Assembly (NCBI GenBank): GCA_965279515.1
Contig: CBDIID010000003.1
Coordinates: 96,001 to 160,000 of the forward strand
DNA: 64,000 nucleotides
Direction of reading: 5' to 3'
Origin: Turneriella sp.
GTDB lineage: Bacteria; Spirochaetota; Leptospiria; Turneriellales; Turneriellaceae
The notes below the pieces were generated by a model. The model saw nothing but the letters and a program-made list of their open reading frames with translations. It did not search any database and was not told the DNA's origin. Position numbers and translations under genes: made by a program. This document shows positions 52,832 through 61,990 of this stretch, in pieces (the stretch's first letter is position 1; every line of letters starts with the position of its first letter).

Positions 52832-53017
52832 AACGCGGGTTTTACCTTGACGTTTTGGCTTGTGGCGTCTTCGCCGCAAGCCAAAATGTGCCCGAAGCGC
52901 CTGCCCGAGCCCGCCAATGCAGGCCCACAGGCGGGCGGGCGCAGGGCATCTTTGGCGCGGAGTGGCCGAGCACACGACCCAACGAAGTGGTCGTGCGCGC
53001 AGCAGGTAAAACTTGTT
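52832..53017 (-). repeat. attC-like site R54 (short variant like R38)
   Basis: AAC...GTT folded repeat. Confidence 0.8.
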
Positions 53018-53123
53018 CTCTGACGTAGGTGCGCCTGTGAGCCCGGCAAGGAGGCCGGGCGACTTCGATGCAAGCCCATGTTTGAGGGAAGTGCGCCACT
53101 CGCTATTGATAATTTAGTATCAT

Positions 53124-53828
53124 TTGCAAATGTACTTTACGCAAGACAGACACGGCAATATAATGCATTTCATGGACAGCGAATCCTCTGAGATAAACGA
53201 GCGGCCAGAGATCTGGGAAACAGTTTTCGCAGAAAAGCAAACAATATGGGGATTCGAGCCGACGCTGTCGGCCATTTTTGCAAAGGATTACTTTGTTCGA
53301 TTGGGTATCAAGAATGTTCTCATACCTGGTGTCGGTTACGGTAGGAACGCGAAACCGTTTATAGAACACGGCATGTCCGTAACAGGAATTGAAATATCTA
53401 AAACAGCGATTTCTCTGGCTCGTTCGCAGCTAAAGCTAGAGATACCCATTCACCACGGTTCCGTGTCAAATATGCCGTTCGACACTCACCAATACGAAGG
53501 TATTTTCTGCTATGGACTAATCTACCTGCTGGATGCTGCCGGGCGGACAAAGCTCATCAGAAATTGCTGGGACCAATTGGCATCTGGCGGTGCCATGATC
53601 TTTACTGTCATCTCAAAAGAAGCGCCGATGTATGGGCAAGGCCCCCGGCTCGGAGACGACTGGTATGAAATTCATCCCGGTATGAAAATGTATTTCTACG
53701 ATGCCGATTCAGCCAAGCAGGAGTTCGGTGCTTATGGGCTTCTCGAACAATTCAAAATTGATGAACCACTACATACCGGCAGCTCATTTCCATTCATCAA
53801 TGTAGTATGCAGGAAGAACAAAGCGTAG
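53124..53828 (+). CDS. Class I SAM-dependent methyltransferase (inverted cassette)
   Basis: VLIPGVGYGRNA, VTGIEIS motif; start uncertain. Confidence 0.85.
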   Translation: MQMYFTQDRHGNIMHFMDSESSEINERPEIWETVFAEKQTIWGFEPTLSAIFAKDYFVRLGIKNVLIPGVGYGRNAKPFIEHGMSVTGIEISKTAISLARSQLKLEIPIHHGSVSNMPFDTHQYEGIFCYGLIYLLDAAGRTKLIRNCWDQLASGGAMIFTVISKEAPMYGQGPRLGDDWYEIHPGMKMYFYDADSAKQEFGAYGLLEQFKIDEPLHTGSSFPFINVVCRKNKA

Positions 53829-53951
53829 ATCGCTAAGACCAAAATTTATCGTAAACCAAGGGGTGGTGAATTAATAAGCGCTCGATTAGATACCTCAAAA
53901 ATTGCGCCGCCATGGACGGCGGCGAAAAACAAAGGCGCACCTATGTCAGAG

Positions 53952-54158
53952 AACGTGGAATTTACCTGAGGTTGAGTGACGCTTCGTTCAACTTTGTATT
54001 CTGTAAAGCCATTTTGCGTCACTCAATCTGCCCGGAGCGCCTCGCGGCAAAGCACAAAACAAGCGTCCCGCTTGTGCTTTGTCCGCGATCTTTGGCGCGT
54101 AGGGCCGAGCACCCGAGGAGCTACGGCACCGCAGGGAGCGCAGCAGGTAAATTTTGTT
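53952..54158 (-). repeat. attC-like site R55 (B)
   Basis: AAC...GTT folded repeat. Confidence 0.85.
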
Positions 54159-54169
54159 GTGCGACGGAG

Positions 54170-54859
54170 TCAAAATTGCCGGTTTCTTGCTTGCGGGAAA
54201 AAACTGGAAAAAGATCGCTGAGCAAAATTTTCAATAAGATTTCGAGTAGATTTCTTCATTTTCGCATCTTTCGATGCGCTATATTCAGCGAGTTTTTGAG
54301 CCAAAAACTCGAAGCAGGCTGGGTTCATCTCAAGGACATAATCACTCAGAGAGGCCTGCTTTTTCTTTAGAACGGCTTTCTCGAATAACTGGATCAAATC
54401 AGGAATGCCATCAAAGGAAATATCACCATAATGACTTATTACCCCTATTTTTCGATAGGCCTCAGTATAAAGTGTGTCTTTCACAGGGAACCAAAACAGA
54501 AATGCGTATCGAGCAAGGTCTTCATCACTTAGCTTTTTAAGCCAATCGACTGGTGAACTGGAACTAGTTTGGCCAACTTGATTTTGTCTGATATTTTCTT
54601 TTTCAGCAAGCCTTCTTGAAAGTATGCGACTGCGAACCCAAAAGACACAAGCTAAAATCAGCGCGACGACTGCCAATACTTGCCAGCCATATAGGATAAT
54701 GAAATTTTGAAGCATCTTTAAGAAATCCAATATCAACTGTAGTAAGTTGCCAAGCCAGAGCCACAACGCAGCTACCGCTGCTAATATTCCAGTTGCAATT
54801 ACTTTTGACCAAACTGGGTCTTTCCAAATTTTAGCAAGCAAGCTCATAAAATGCCTCAT
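54170..54859 (-). CDS. Hypothetical membrane protein
   Basis: KIWKDPVWSKVIA N-terminal TM region. Confidence 0.7.
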   Translation of the reverse strand: MRHFMSLLAKIWKDPVWSKVIATGILAAVAALWLWLGNLLQLILDFLKMLQNFIILYGWQVLAVVALILACVFWVRSRILSRRLAEKENIRQNQVGQTSSSSPVDWLKKLSDEDLARYAFLFWFPVKDTLYTEAYRKIGVISHYGDISFDGIPDLIQLFEKAVLKKKQASLSDYVLEMNPACFEFLAQKLAEYSASKDAKMKKSTRNLIENFAQRSFSSFFPQARNRQF

Positions 54860-54873
54860 TGACTCTGTCGCAC

Positions 54874-55076
54874 AACGTTGGAATTTCGCGAGGTGATTGA
54901 CGCGTCAATAAAACTGGTCTTATATGAAGCAGCTTCGCGTCAATCATCTGCCCGGAGCGCTTCGCGAGCCTGCCAAAAACACACCTCCCGGTGTGGCAGG
55001 CGCAGCGATCTTTAGCGCGTAGGGCCGAGCACGCGACCCAACGGAGTGGTCGCGGGCGCAGCGCGAAATTCTTGTT
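54874..55076 (-). repeat. attC-like site R56 (BrnTA-linked variant)
   Basis: Same variant as R33. Confidence 0.85.
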
Positions 55077-55193
55077 CTCTGCAGTGTTTAGCTACGTTAG
55101 CCGCGGGCGACATGGAGGTCGCTCGCGGACGGCTTTGCCAGAATTAAGAGCTTTTTCTGGGCAAATTTATACACTGTATGTACATTGTACATA

Positions 55194-55484
55194 GTGAAGC
55201 TGGCTTTTGTATGGGATGAAGCCAAGAATCTCGAGAATATTAGGAAGCATGGAGTCTCTTTCAAGGAAGCCAGCACGATCTTTGGCCGTATACCGTATGA
55301 GATTTACGATGATCCAGATCATTCAGAAAAGGAGCATCGGTATCTGGCAATCGGCTTCAGCGATAAGGCTCGCGCCTTACTGGTAAGCCATACTGAAAAT
55401 GCGACTGGCACAGAGATTAGAATTATATCTGCTCGCAAAATGACGAAACAAGAACGGGCAGACGCGTTTGGAGGCAAACTATGA
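55194..55484 (+). CDS. brnT: BrnT toxin, copy 2
   Basis: Close paralog of 32309..32599. Confidence 0.88.
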   Translation: MKLAFVWDEAKNLENIRKHGVSFKEASTIFGRIPYEIYDDPDHSEKEHRYLAIGFSDKARALLVSHTENATGTEIRIISARKMTKQERADAFGGKL

Positions 55485-55711
55485 GAAAGGAATATGATCT
55501 AACCAAACTGACGAAGGCTTCGCCTAAATACTTGAAACACATAAAGAAGCCGGTGACGATTCGGCTTGAGCCACAGATAATTGCATATTTTAAGGGCCTG
55601 GCAGAAACTACCGGATTGCCTTACCAATCGTTACTGAATTTTGTTCTACGCGACTATGCTAACGAGAACAGGAAACCCAATGCGAATTGGGGAAAAGTAG
55701 CTTCGCGCTAA
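55481..55711 (+). CDS. brnA: BrnA antitoxin, copy 2
   Basis: One aa different from 32596..32826. Confidence 0.85.
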   Translation: MRKEYDLTKLTKASPKYLKHIKKPVTIRLEPQIIAYFKGLAETTGLPYQSLLNFVLRDYANENRKPNANWGKVASR

Positions 55712-55763
55712 GGCGGCCGGCAAGGATGCCGGACGCTCTTCTCTATTGCTAAACATTGCAGAG

Positions 55764-55972
55764 AACGTGGATTTTACGCTGACGTTTTTTGACGCTTGTG
55801 TCATTTAATCAAATTGTAAAGCCGATTTGCGTCAAAAAATGTGGTCGTAGCGGCTCGCGGCGACGCGCGAAAATACACCTCCCGGTGTGCGCGTCGTCCG
55901 CGATCTTTGCCGCGTAGGGCCGAGCACGCGAGGAGCTACGGCACCGCAGCGGCGCAGCGCGTAAAATTTGTT
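55764..55972 (-). repeat. attC-like site R57 (A)
   Basis: AAC...GTT folded repeat. Confidence 0.85.
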
Positions 55973-56069
55973 CTCTGACGTAGTTGCGCGTGACCACCCG
56001 ACCAAGGATGGGCGGGTGGGCATTCGAATAAGAGTCTTGCCTGGAATAATGATTAGTTGACCTTGTATC

Positions 56070-56696
56070 TTGCGATCAATTATGCTTTTTATGGCTGGCT
56101 CTTCCCAAATGTTGAATTTTCGACTTGGACTCATCAGTACCATTCCTATACTGATATTTGTTCAATGTAACGTATTGAGTGTCTCTTATAAACGACGCAG
56201 TGATTTAAGAGAGCCTGAAATTTGCCCGCAAAGTAAGCGAACAGCGCCAGTTGGCTATAATTTATTCTCGACTAATCGGTTTCAAATACAAACTGATCTC
56301 AAAGTTAGCTGGGAAGCCCATCGGTATTGGGCTCTTGCTTCAATCATACCAACCCTTGGTTTCTTGCGAACTGTCGCTATGAACTCTATCGAATTAAAGG
56401 TTACTAACAACAGGCCGTTACCAATAATATTTTCTCAATGTGATGTACTTTTTTTTGATACGAATAATATTTCTACAAAAATAGGAGTTAGTGTTCCAAA
56501 CTGTGAGCAATTACCTAAGTACACAGTTTTACCACAAAAGACCGTTCAAATCGATGTCGAACAAGAAGAAATGACTGTCGCTAGTTTAAAGACTATCAAG
56601 ATAAATTTCAGGTCTGCGAGCCAGACCGATTTGTTGTCACAGGACATTAACATCGAAGAAGATTGGAGCCTCTGCTTTTCGGCAATAAACCGTTAG
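56070..56696 (+). CDS. Putative lipoprotein (inverted cassette)
   Basis: ILIFVQ-C lipobox-like; start probably downstream. Confidence 0.6.
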   Translation: MRSIMLFMAGSSQMLNFRLGLISTIPILIFVQCNVLSVSYKRRSDLREPEICPQSKRTAPVGYNLFSTNRFQIQTDLKVSWEAHRYWALASIIPTLGFLRTVAMNSIELKVTNNRPLPIIFSQCDVLFFDTNNISTKIGVSVPNCEQLPKYTVLPQKTVQIDVEQEEMTVASLKTIKINFRSASQTDLLSQDINIEEDWSLCFSAINR

Positions 56697-56759
56697 AATT
56701 GCAAGAAACTCTGCGCCGCCACGGATGGCGGCGAAGTAAAGCGCGCAACTATGTCAGAG

Positions 56760-56974
56760 AACGTGGAATTTACACGAGGTCGATGGTGCGTCGCACAATG
56801 AAGACTGGCTTATTTGGAAAGCCGCGTATCAAGCACCATCGATCTGCCGTAGACCGCTCGTTGCGCCTGACCAAACAAACGTCCCGTTTGTCAGGCGTCA
56901 ACGATCTTTGCGGTCGGAGGCCGAGCACGCGAGGAGCTACGGCACCGCAGCGAGCGCAGCGTGTAAATTTTGTT
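56760..56974 (-). repeat. attC-like site R58 (D)
   Basis: AAC...GTT folded repeat. Confidence 0.85.
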
Positions 56975-57025
56975 GTACGCAGTTGCCGATCGAATACAAC
57001 CTGTCTTTGATGAGATTTTGGTAAA

Positions 57026-57469
57026 TTATGTAATTTCACCGACCATGCCGTCCCAATACAAGGTTTCACTCTCAAGCTTAGAAAAGCGTCTAAGCAATCG
57101 CCCTAGATTGTTTATGCCAGCCGGTTCGCATGGAATCGAAAAATCAGTAAGAGCCCGAATTGGATGATCCAAATTGTTGGCAAATCTAAGGTTAATCGCC
57201 GCATGGCCGCTTGAATCTATTAAATAAACCCGGAATCTAAAGAAGAAGGCAAATCTAGCTTTTGGGTCTTCGGAGCCTAATTCCCAAAGAAAATTGTCCT
57301 TATTATTCTTAGGAAATTCTTCTAAGGCATTGGCGCATAAAATAAGTGATTCTGCATTATCATAAATTTCTAGTTCACCAGCTTGGTGACCATTCGAAGC
57401 CTCAATAACTAAATTTATGTGATAAGGCTCTTCGTACGGAATTCTCACTAATTTCAATGAATTCTTCAT
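57026..57469 (-). CDS. Hypothetical protein
   Basis: 147-aa ORF filling cassette. Confidence 0.7.
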   Translation of the reverse strand: MKNSLKLVRIPYEEPYHINLVIEASNGHQAGELEIYDNAESLILCANALEEFPKNNKDNFLWELGSEDPKARFAFFFRFRVYLIDSSGHAAINLRFANNLDHPIRALTDFSIPCEPAGINNLGRLLRRFSKLESETLYWDGMVGEIT

Positions 57470-57497
57470 GTGTAATTATCTCTCGGCAATTGCGTAC

Positions 57498-57705
57498 AAC
57501 GCGGAATTTACCTGACGTTTGGTGACACCTGTGTCATTAATTTAGATGGAAAAGCCGCCTTGTGTCACCAAATGTGCCCGGAGCGCCTCGCGGCAAAGCA
57601 CAAAACAAGCGTCCCGCTTGTGCTTTGTCCGCGATCTTCTGGCGCGCAGGGCCGAGCACGCGAGGAGCCACGGCACCGCAGCGAGCGCAGCAGGTAAATT
57701 TTGTT
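57498..57705 (-). repeat. attC-like site R59 (C)
   Basis: AAC...GTT folded repeat. Confidence 0.85.
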
Positions 57706-57738
57706 GTGCGTCGTAGTTAAACTGGCAAAAATGTTTGT

Positions 57739-59253
57739 TTACTCCTGTGCTCCAAGTAAGTATCCAGAGGTAAGACCTTTGGACTTTAGCCAATCTTTAA
57801 CGGCGGTTTTATTGCCTGCAATAACGCTATCAATTTCGCTATCTTTCGGAAGGGACCAAAACTGAATACCTATTAGCCTGGAGAAAATATTGCGGATTTT
57901 GTCAAAATCTGTATCCGTCAATTCTCTATAGAATGGCCGCGCTCGCTCATCACTATCAGTAATTTCAAGTTTTGCACAGACTGCATCGCGAAATAATTCC
58001 GACCATGCCATGATGCTCTTTGAAGCGAAAATGCGTTCTAACTTGATTTGTTCCGTTTTTGTAGGGGAAGAATCTTTGTTCCAGTTAAAGAGAGCCAAAT
58101 CAAACAAAATATTCAATAACTGTATATTGTTTGAAAACTCAAGTTCACGTTTGTAACTATCGCTGGCCATATTGTCCGCAACCGGCTCAGTGTTCAAGAA
58201 GCACGAAAAAATAGATTTTGAGAGCATATCGACGGTAATTGGCTCCTCCATTGAGCCACGATTGCTGCTAGAAATAAGAGATTTCATCTTATTCGTTGGG
58301 TCATTCAGAACTGAATCGTACAGGTAGCTGCGAAACCTTTTGTTCCTTTCTGCACGCGTCATTGTTGTATCTTGAATCCTTTCTAAATATTCCAAGAAGC
58401 CAATTTCTGATTTGACTTGGCCGTCTTCGATGTTCTTGTATGCTTCGAAATCTTTGCCAAACTGTTGACCTAATTTTTGAATCAGGACTGGTGAAAAAAA
58501 TCTGGTTTGAGCAAACCTGTCATGGGCTGCAATGTTTGTTTGGTTTAGAATTCGTATTTCTGGGTTAACGTAGATTTTGCATTCTAGAATTTTCCGGCCA
58601 TTCCACAACAGAGCGGCGGCCTTATGCTGCCCATCAAACAGTAGTATTTTATCGCCTTTCACCCTGCCGATTGATGGCTGCAAAACCGGATAAATCTGAA
58701 AATGTCGGTATAATTCAAAAACTTTGTCAAAAATTAGATATCGAGGCTGCAAGCCAATAGATTGATCATCTTCATCATCGCTGTTGAGAATATCGATTGG
58801 CAAATTACCGTAAAAATATTTCCATTTCGTCAGAGGACACACATGCAGGTCAAAAGCATTATTAAACGAATGATTTTCTGCACTGATGATCTTGCCGCTT
58901 TCCTTAAGCGATACAGATTGGCCAAAATCTGTAATTAGCTTCTTTGTCTTAAAGAATTCAAGCAGGTGCTTTAATGTTTGTTTTTCACCGTTCTCGAAAA
59001 ATTCTTCGATTTGCAACTTAATTCGGAAGTCTTCAAGAGGCAGCATACCCTTTGCTTTGTTGTGAAATTCGCACATTGGTGCAATATTGTCCAGTTCGCT
59101 TTGACCACCAAGGGCATGGGCTCTAATGTGATCAAAATGGAGTTTGTCACTTTCGGGAATGTCATGATTATTGGCGAAGCATTTGCGACCAAATCTGGTA
59201 AGAATGGTCTTCTTCTCTTCTTCGTTTAGTTGTCTTTTTAAAGTTATAGCCAT
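57739..59253 (-). CDS. HNH endonuclease fused to ParB/DGQHR-like domain
   Basis: HFDHIRAHALGG...NIAPMCEFHNKAKG; LQPR; LLFDGQHKAAA. Confidence 0.8.
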   Translation of the reverse strand: MAITLKRQLNEEEKKTILTRFGRKCFANNHDIPESDKLHFDHIRAHALGGQSELDNIAPMCEFHNKAKGMLPLEDFRIKLQIEEFFENGEKQTLKHLLEFFKTKKLITDFGQSVSLKESGKIISAENHSFNNAFDLHVCPLTKWKYFYGNLPIDILNSDDEDDQSIGLQPRYLIFDKVFELYRHFQIYPVLQPSIGRVKGDKILLFDGQHKAAALLWNGRKILECKIYVNPEIRILNQTNIAAHDRFAQTRFFSPVLIQKLGQQFGKDFEAYKNIEDGQVKSEIGFLEYLERIQDTTMTRAERNKRFRSYLYDSVLNDPTNKMKSLISSSNRGSMEEPITVDMLSKSIFSCFLNTEPVADNMASDSYKRELEFSNNIQLLNILFDLALFNWNKDSSPTKTEQIKLERIFASKSIMAWSELFRDAVCAKLEITDSDERARPFYRELTDTDFDKIRNIFSRLIGIQFWSLPKDSEIDSVIAGNKTAVKDWLKSKGLTSGYLLGAQE

Positions 59254-59324
59254 TTAGAATTTCCTATTGGGACTTGTTCTTATTCTCTCGTGAAAAGATA
59301 TATTATTTTTTAACTATGACGCAC

Positions 59325-59535
59325 AACGTGGAAAATACCCGAATTGCGCCCCCGCGGGTGTAAAGTGTAAATAATCACGGCTTTATGTGACTTTCGCGGG
59401 AGCGCATTTGCCCGAAGCGCCTCGCGGCAAAGCACAGAACAAGCGTCCCGCTTGTGCTTTGTCCGCGATCTTTGGCGCGCAGGGCCGAGCACGCGAGCCA
59501 ACGAAGTGCTCGCGGCGCAGCGGGTATTTTTTGTT
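59325..59535 (-). repeat. attC-like site R60 (E/B mosaic)
   Basis: AAC...GTT folded repeat. Confidence 0.85.
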
Positions 59536-59724
59536 AGCCGCCGTTACCGGATTCGCGCGGCTGGCGAGCAACCCGAAGGTCAGCGAGATACTGTAGTTCG
59601 ATATTATTAGTAACCGAGGAGTTGTCGCCAGGATCAAAGGCGTAAGCAGCGAAATCTGGTTGTACTCTCTGATAACAAATCCTCTTTTTCTCCCCTTCGG
59701 GGCGCGAAGGAGGTAATGGTGGCT
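59536..59724. other. Gene-less cassette type A, copy 5
   Basis: Copy of 15118-15305. Confidence 0.75.
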
Positions 59725-59934
59725 AACGTTGGATTTTACGCTGACGTTTTTTGACGCTTGTGTCATTTATTCAATCTGTAAAGCCGATTTGCGTCAAAAA
59801 ATGTGGTCGTAGCGGCTCGCGGCGACGCGCGAAAACACACCTCCCGGTGTGCGCGTCGTCCGCGATCTTTGCCGCGGAGACCCGAGCACGCGAGGAGCTA
59901 CGGCACCGCAGCGGCGCAGCGCGTAAAATTTGTT
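59725..59934 (-). repeat. attC-like site R61 (A; same as R10)
   Basis: AAC...GTT folded repeat. Confidence 0.85.
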
Positions 59935-60029
59935 GGGCGCCGTTGTCGCTACGTAAAGCTCGGCCAAGGAGGGCCGAGCGTGAGCCTTTTCCCCTGATTA
60001 TTCGAGAAAATGCTTTTTAGCCTGTTCAC

Positions 60030-60569
60030 ATGAAACAATTCGGAATTATGTCGCATTGGGGATGGACCATATTTCTTGTCATACTACTTGGGTGTAAAAC
60101 CGCCCCGCCGGATTCGGTTGAAACGCTTAATGATGTTCAATTAGAAGAGGACGAAGACCCCGCTGATTCAACGCGACTTATAATCAAGAAAATTGGACAT
60201 ACAGAGGCCAATGGCTTCAGACAATTAAGTGTACGAATCGAAATTTCTAGCTACGGCGAAGTTATGCAGTCTTTTCAAGAGCTCTTCATTACTTTTGGCT
60301 CGATTGAAAAGCTAGTCTTCGGTGAAAAGATTGCCTATTTCATTTCATGCGACAGGCAAGGGTCAACTTGGGCTGCCAAGAAAGCCATTATTGTATGGGA
60401 TAAAGAAGGCATTTGGAGTATTTTGCCGCTGCATTTTGATCGCGCCACGCTTCATAAAAATGAGAAGCGTTTCCTGATAGATGAGAAAATTGGCGTGATC
60501 GGCGAAAATCCTACTGGGAACCAGCTCTATGAGTTCAATGATGGCTTGCTAACATTGTATAAACCCTGA
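60030..60569 (+). CDS. Putative lipoprotein, duplicate of 12190..12729
   Basis: Identical translation. Confidence 0.75.
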   Translation: MKQFGIMSHWGWTIFLVILLGCKTAPPDSVETLNDVQLEEDEDPADSTRLIIKKIGHTEANGFRQLSVRIEISSYGEVMQSFQELFITFGSIEKLVFGEKIAYFISCDRQGSTWAAKKAIIVWDKEGIWSILPLHFDRATLHKNEKRFLIDEKIGVIGENPTGNQLYEFNDGLLTLYKP

Positions 60570-60639
60570 CTGACGTCATCCTGTTCAGCTTGCAAACAGG
60601 CGCGCAAGGATGCGCGCGAAATCGAAATTGATTTATGCG

Positions 60640-61974
60640 GGTACAATATCAGAACATCGGTAACGAAAAGTCATCACGACATCGGTAACAGTTCTGCCTC
60701 AGGCTTTGCCGTGGTTTCCTCCTGATTTGGTGTAAACAAATAATTGTTCCGATCGATGTAGCCCAATAGCAGGCTACCGAAGTAGACGTCGATGCGCATG
60801 TCGGCGATAAACCGGAGCCCGATCGGGTAGCCGTTAAAAGAATTGCCGATAAATATCCGGTGCTGCTTGTAGTTGGTGTAACCGCGGTCATTTACGATGC
60901 GTACGATGCAATCCTCAGGGTAGGCGGGTAGTACGTCGCCAGTATACGGAATTTCAGATGGTAGGTAGAACTCTGATGGCGTCCTCATGCCCAGGGCTTC
61001 ATGCGGTCGCACATTGTTGAAGTCTTCGCGCCACTGATCAAACGAAATCTGGTGAAGCTTTAGATCACCGCGAATGCGCCCCTGCAGTTCCGTGCGGATG
61101 TCTCTGTGCATACGCTCATGTCCGCCATTCTGCGCTGGCTTTCCCGGATCAATGCGGTCCAGAGAAATTCCCAAGGACAGCCACCAGACTGACAATTTTG
61201 TCAGGCCAAAGAGGCCCCACGATGATGCGAAAGGAGTTCCGTTGTCAGAGCGAATAATTTCCGGCAGACCATAGCGTTTGAAGAGTCTGGCAAAGTGTTG
61301 TTTTACATTGGAAATATTGCCCTTTTCCAGTATCTGTATCGACAGGATGTACTTACTGTACTCATCGCGAACTGTCAGAGGTTCGCATTTCTCTGCATGT
61401 GCAGTATACCACCACCCCTTGAAATCAACCGTCCATATGTGATTGGGATGCGTCGCCTTTTCGCGAAGCATCAGCCTCTCTCCGGTTCTGCGGCGCTTCT
61501 TTCCTCTTGGCCTTGTCAGACCAGAGCGCGCCAGAAGGCGATCGACTGTAGGCACTGAAATATCGCCTTTGCGCTCGGGGTAAAGCCTGCAGAAGACCGC
61601 ATAGATCTTCTTGGCTCCCCAGCGAGGCCTGTTATTCTTTATGCGAATAATGTCGCAGATTGTTTCTTCGTCAGTGCGGTTCGGATTGCCTCCTGGTTTT
61701 CGTGACAACTCCGCCAATCCAGCTAAGCCTTTTTCCAGAAACCTTGCCTTCCACTTGTACCCTGTCTTGGTGCTGATACCAAACTCGCGGCACAGCTCTG
61801 TGAAACTCTCTACGCCCTCCAGGGCGCGAAAGACAAAAGATCTTTTCTCTTCCATTTTGGTAACCTCTTTCCACGGCATTTGAGCCCCCTGCCGAAGGCA
61901 GGCAAAAGCCCGTTGCGAAGCAAAGTGTTACCGATGTCTTGATAGAAATGTGTTACCTATGTCGTGATAGTACC
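60640..61974 (-). mobile_element. IS481-family IS, copy 4
   Basis: 4-bp TSD TGCG (60636-60639, 61975-61978) confirmed against empty copy near 12796. Confidence 0.92.
60674..61879 (-). CDS. IS481-family transposase
   Basis: Same protein as copy 2. Confidence 0.9.
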   Translation of the reverse strand: MPWKEVTKMEEKRSFVFRALEGVESFTELCREFGISTKTGYKWKARFLEKGLAGLAELSRKPGGNPNRTDEETICDIIRIKNNRPRWGAKKIYAVFCRLYPERKGDISVPTVDRLLARSGLTRPRGKKRRRTGERLMLREKATHPNHIWTVDFKGWWYTAHAEKCEPLTVRDEYSKYILSIQILEKGNISNVKQHFARLFKRYGLPEIIRSDNGTPFASSWGLFGLTKLSVWWLSLGISLDRIDPGKPAQNGGHERMHRDIRTELQGRIRGDLKLHQISFDQWREDFNNVRPHEALGMRTPSEFYLPSEIPYTGDVLPAYPEDCIVRIVNDRGYTNYKQHRIFIGNSFNGYPIGLRFIADMRIDVYFGSLLLGYIDRNNYLFTPNQEETTAKPEAELLPMS

Positions 61975-61990
61975 TGCGACAATGGCGCCC

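Noticed and set aside
3400..60620. ANGGA hairpins as simple intrinsic terminators
   Set aside because: No consistent U-tract on either strand, they occur both upstream and downstream of genes, and the loop sequence is conserved, which terminators do not need.
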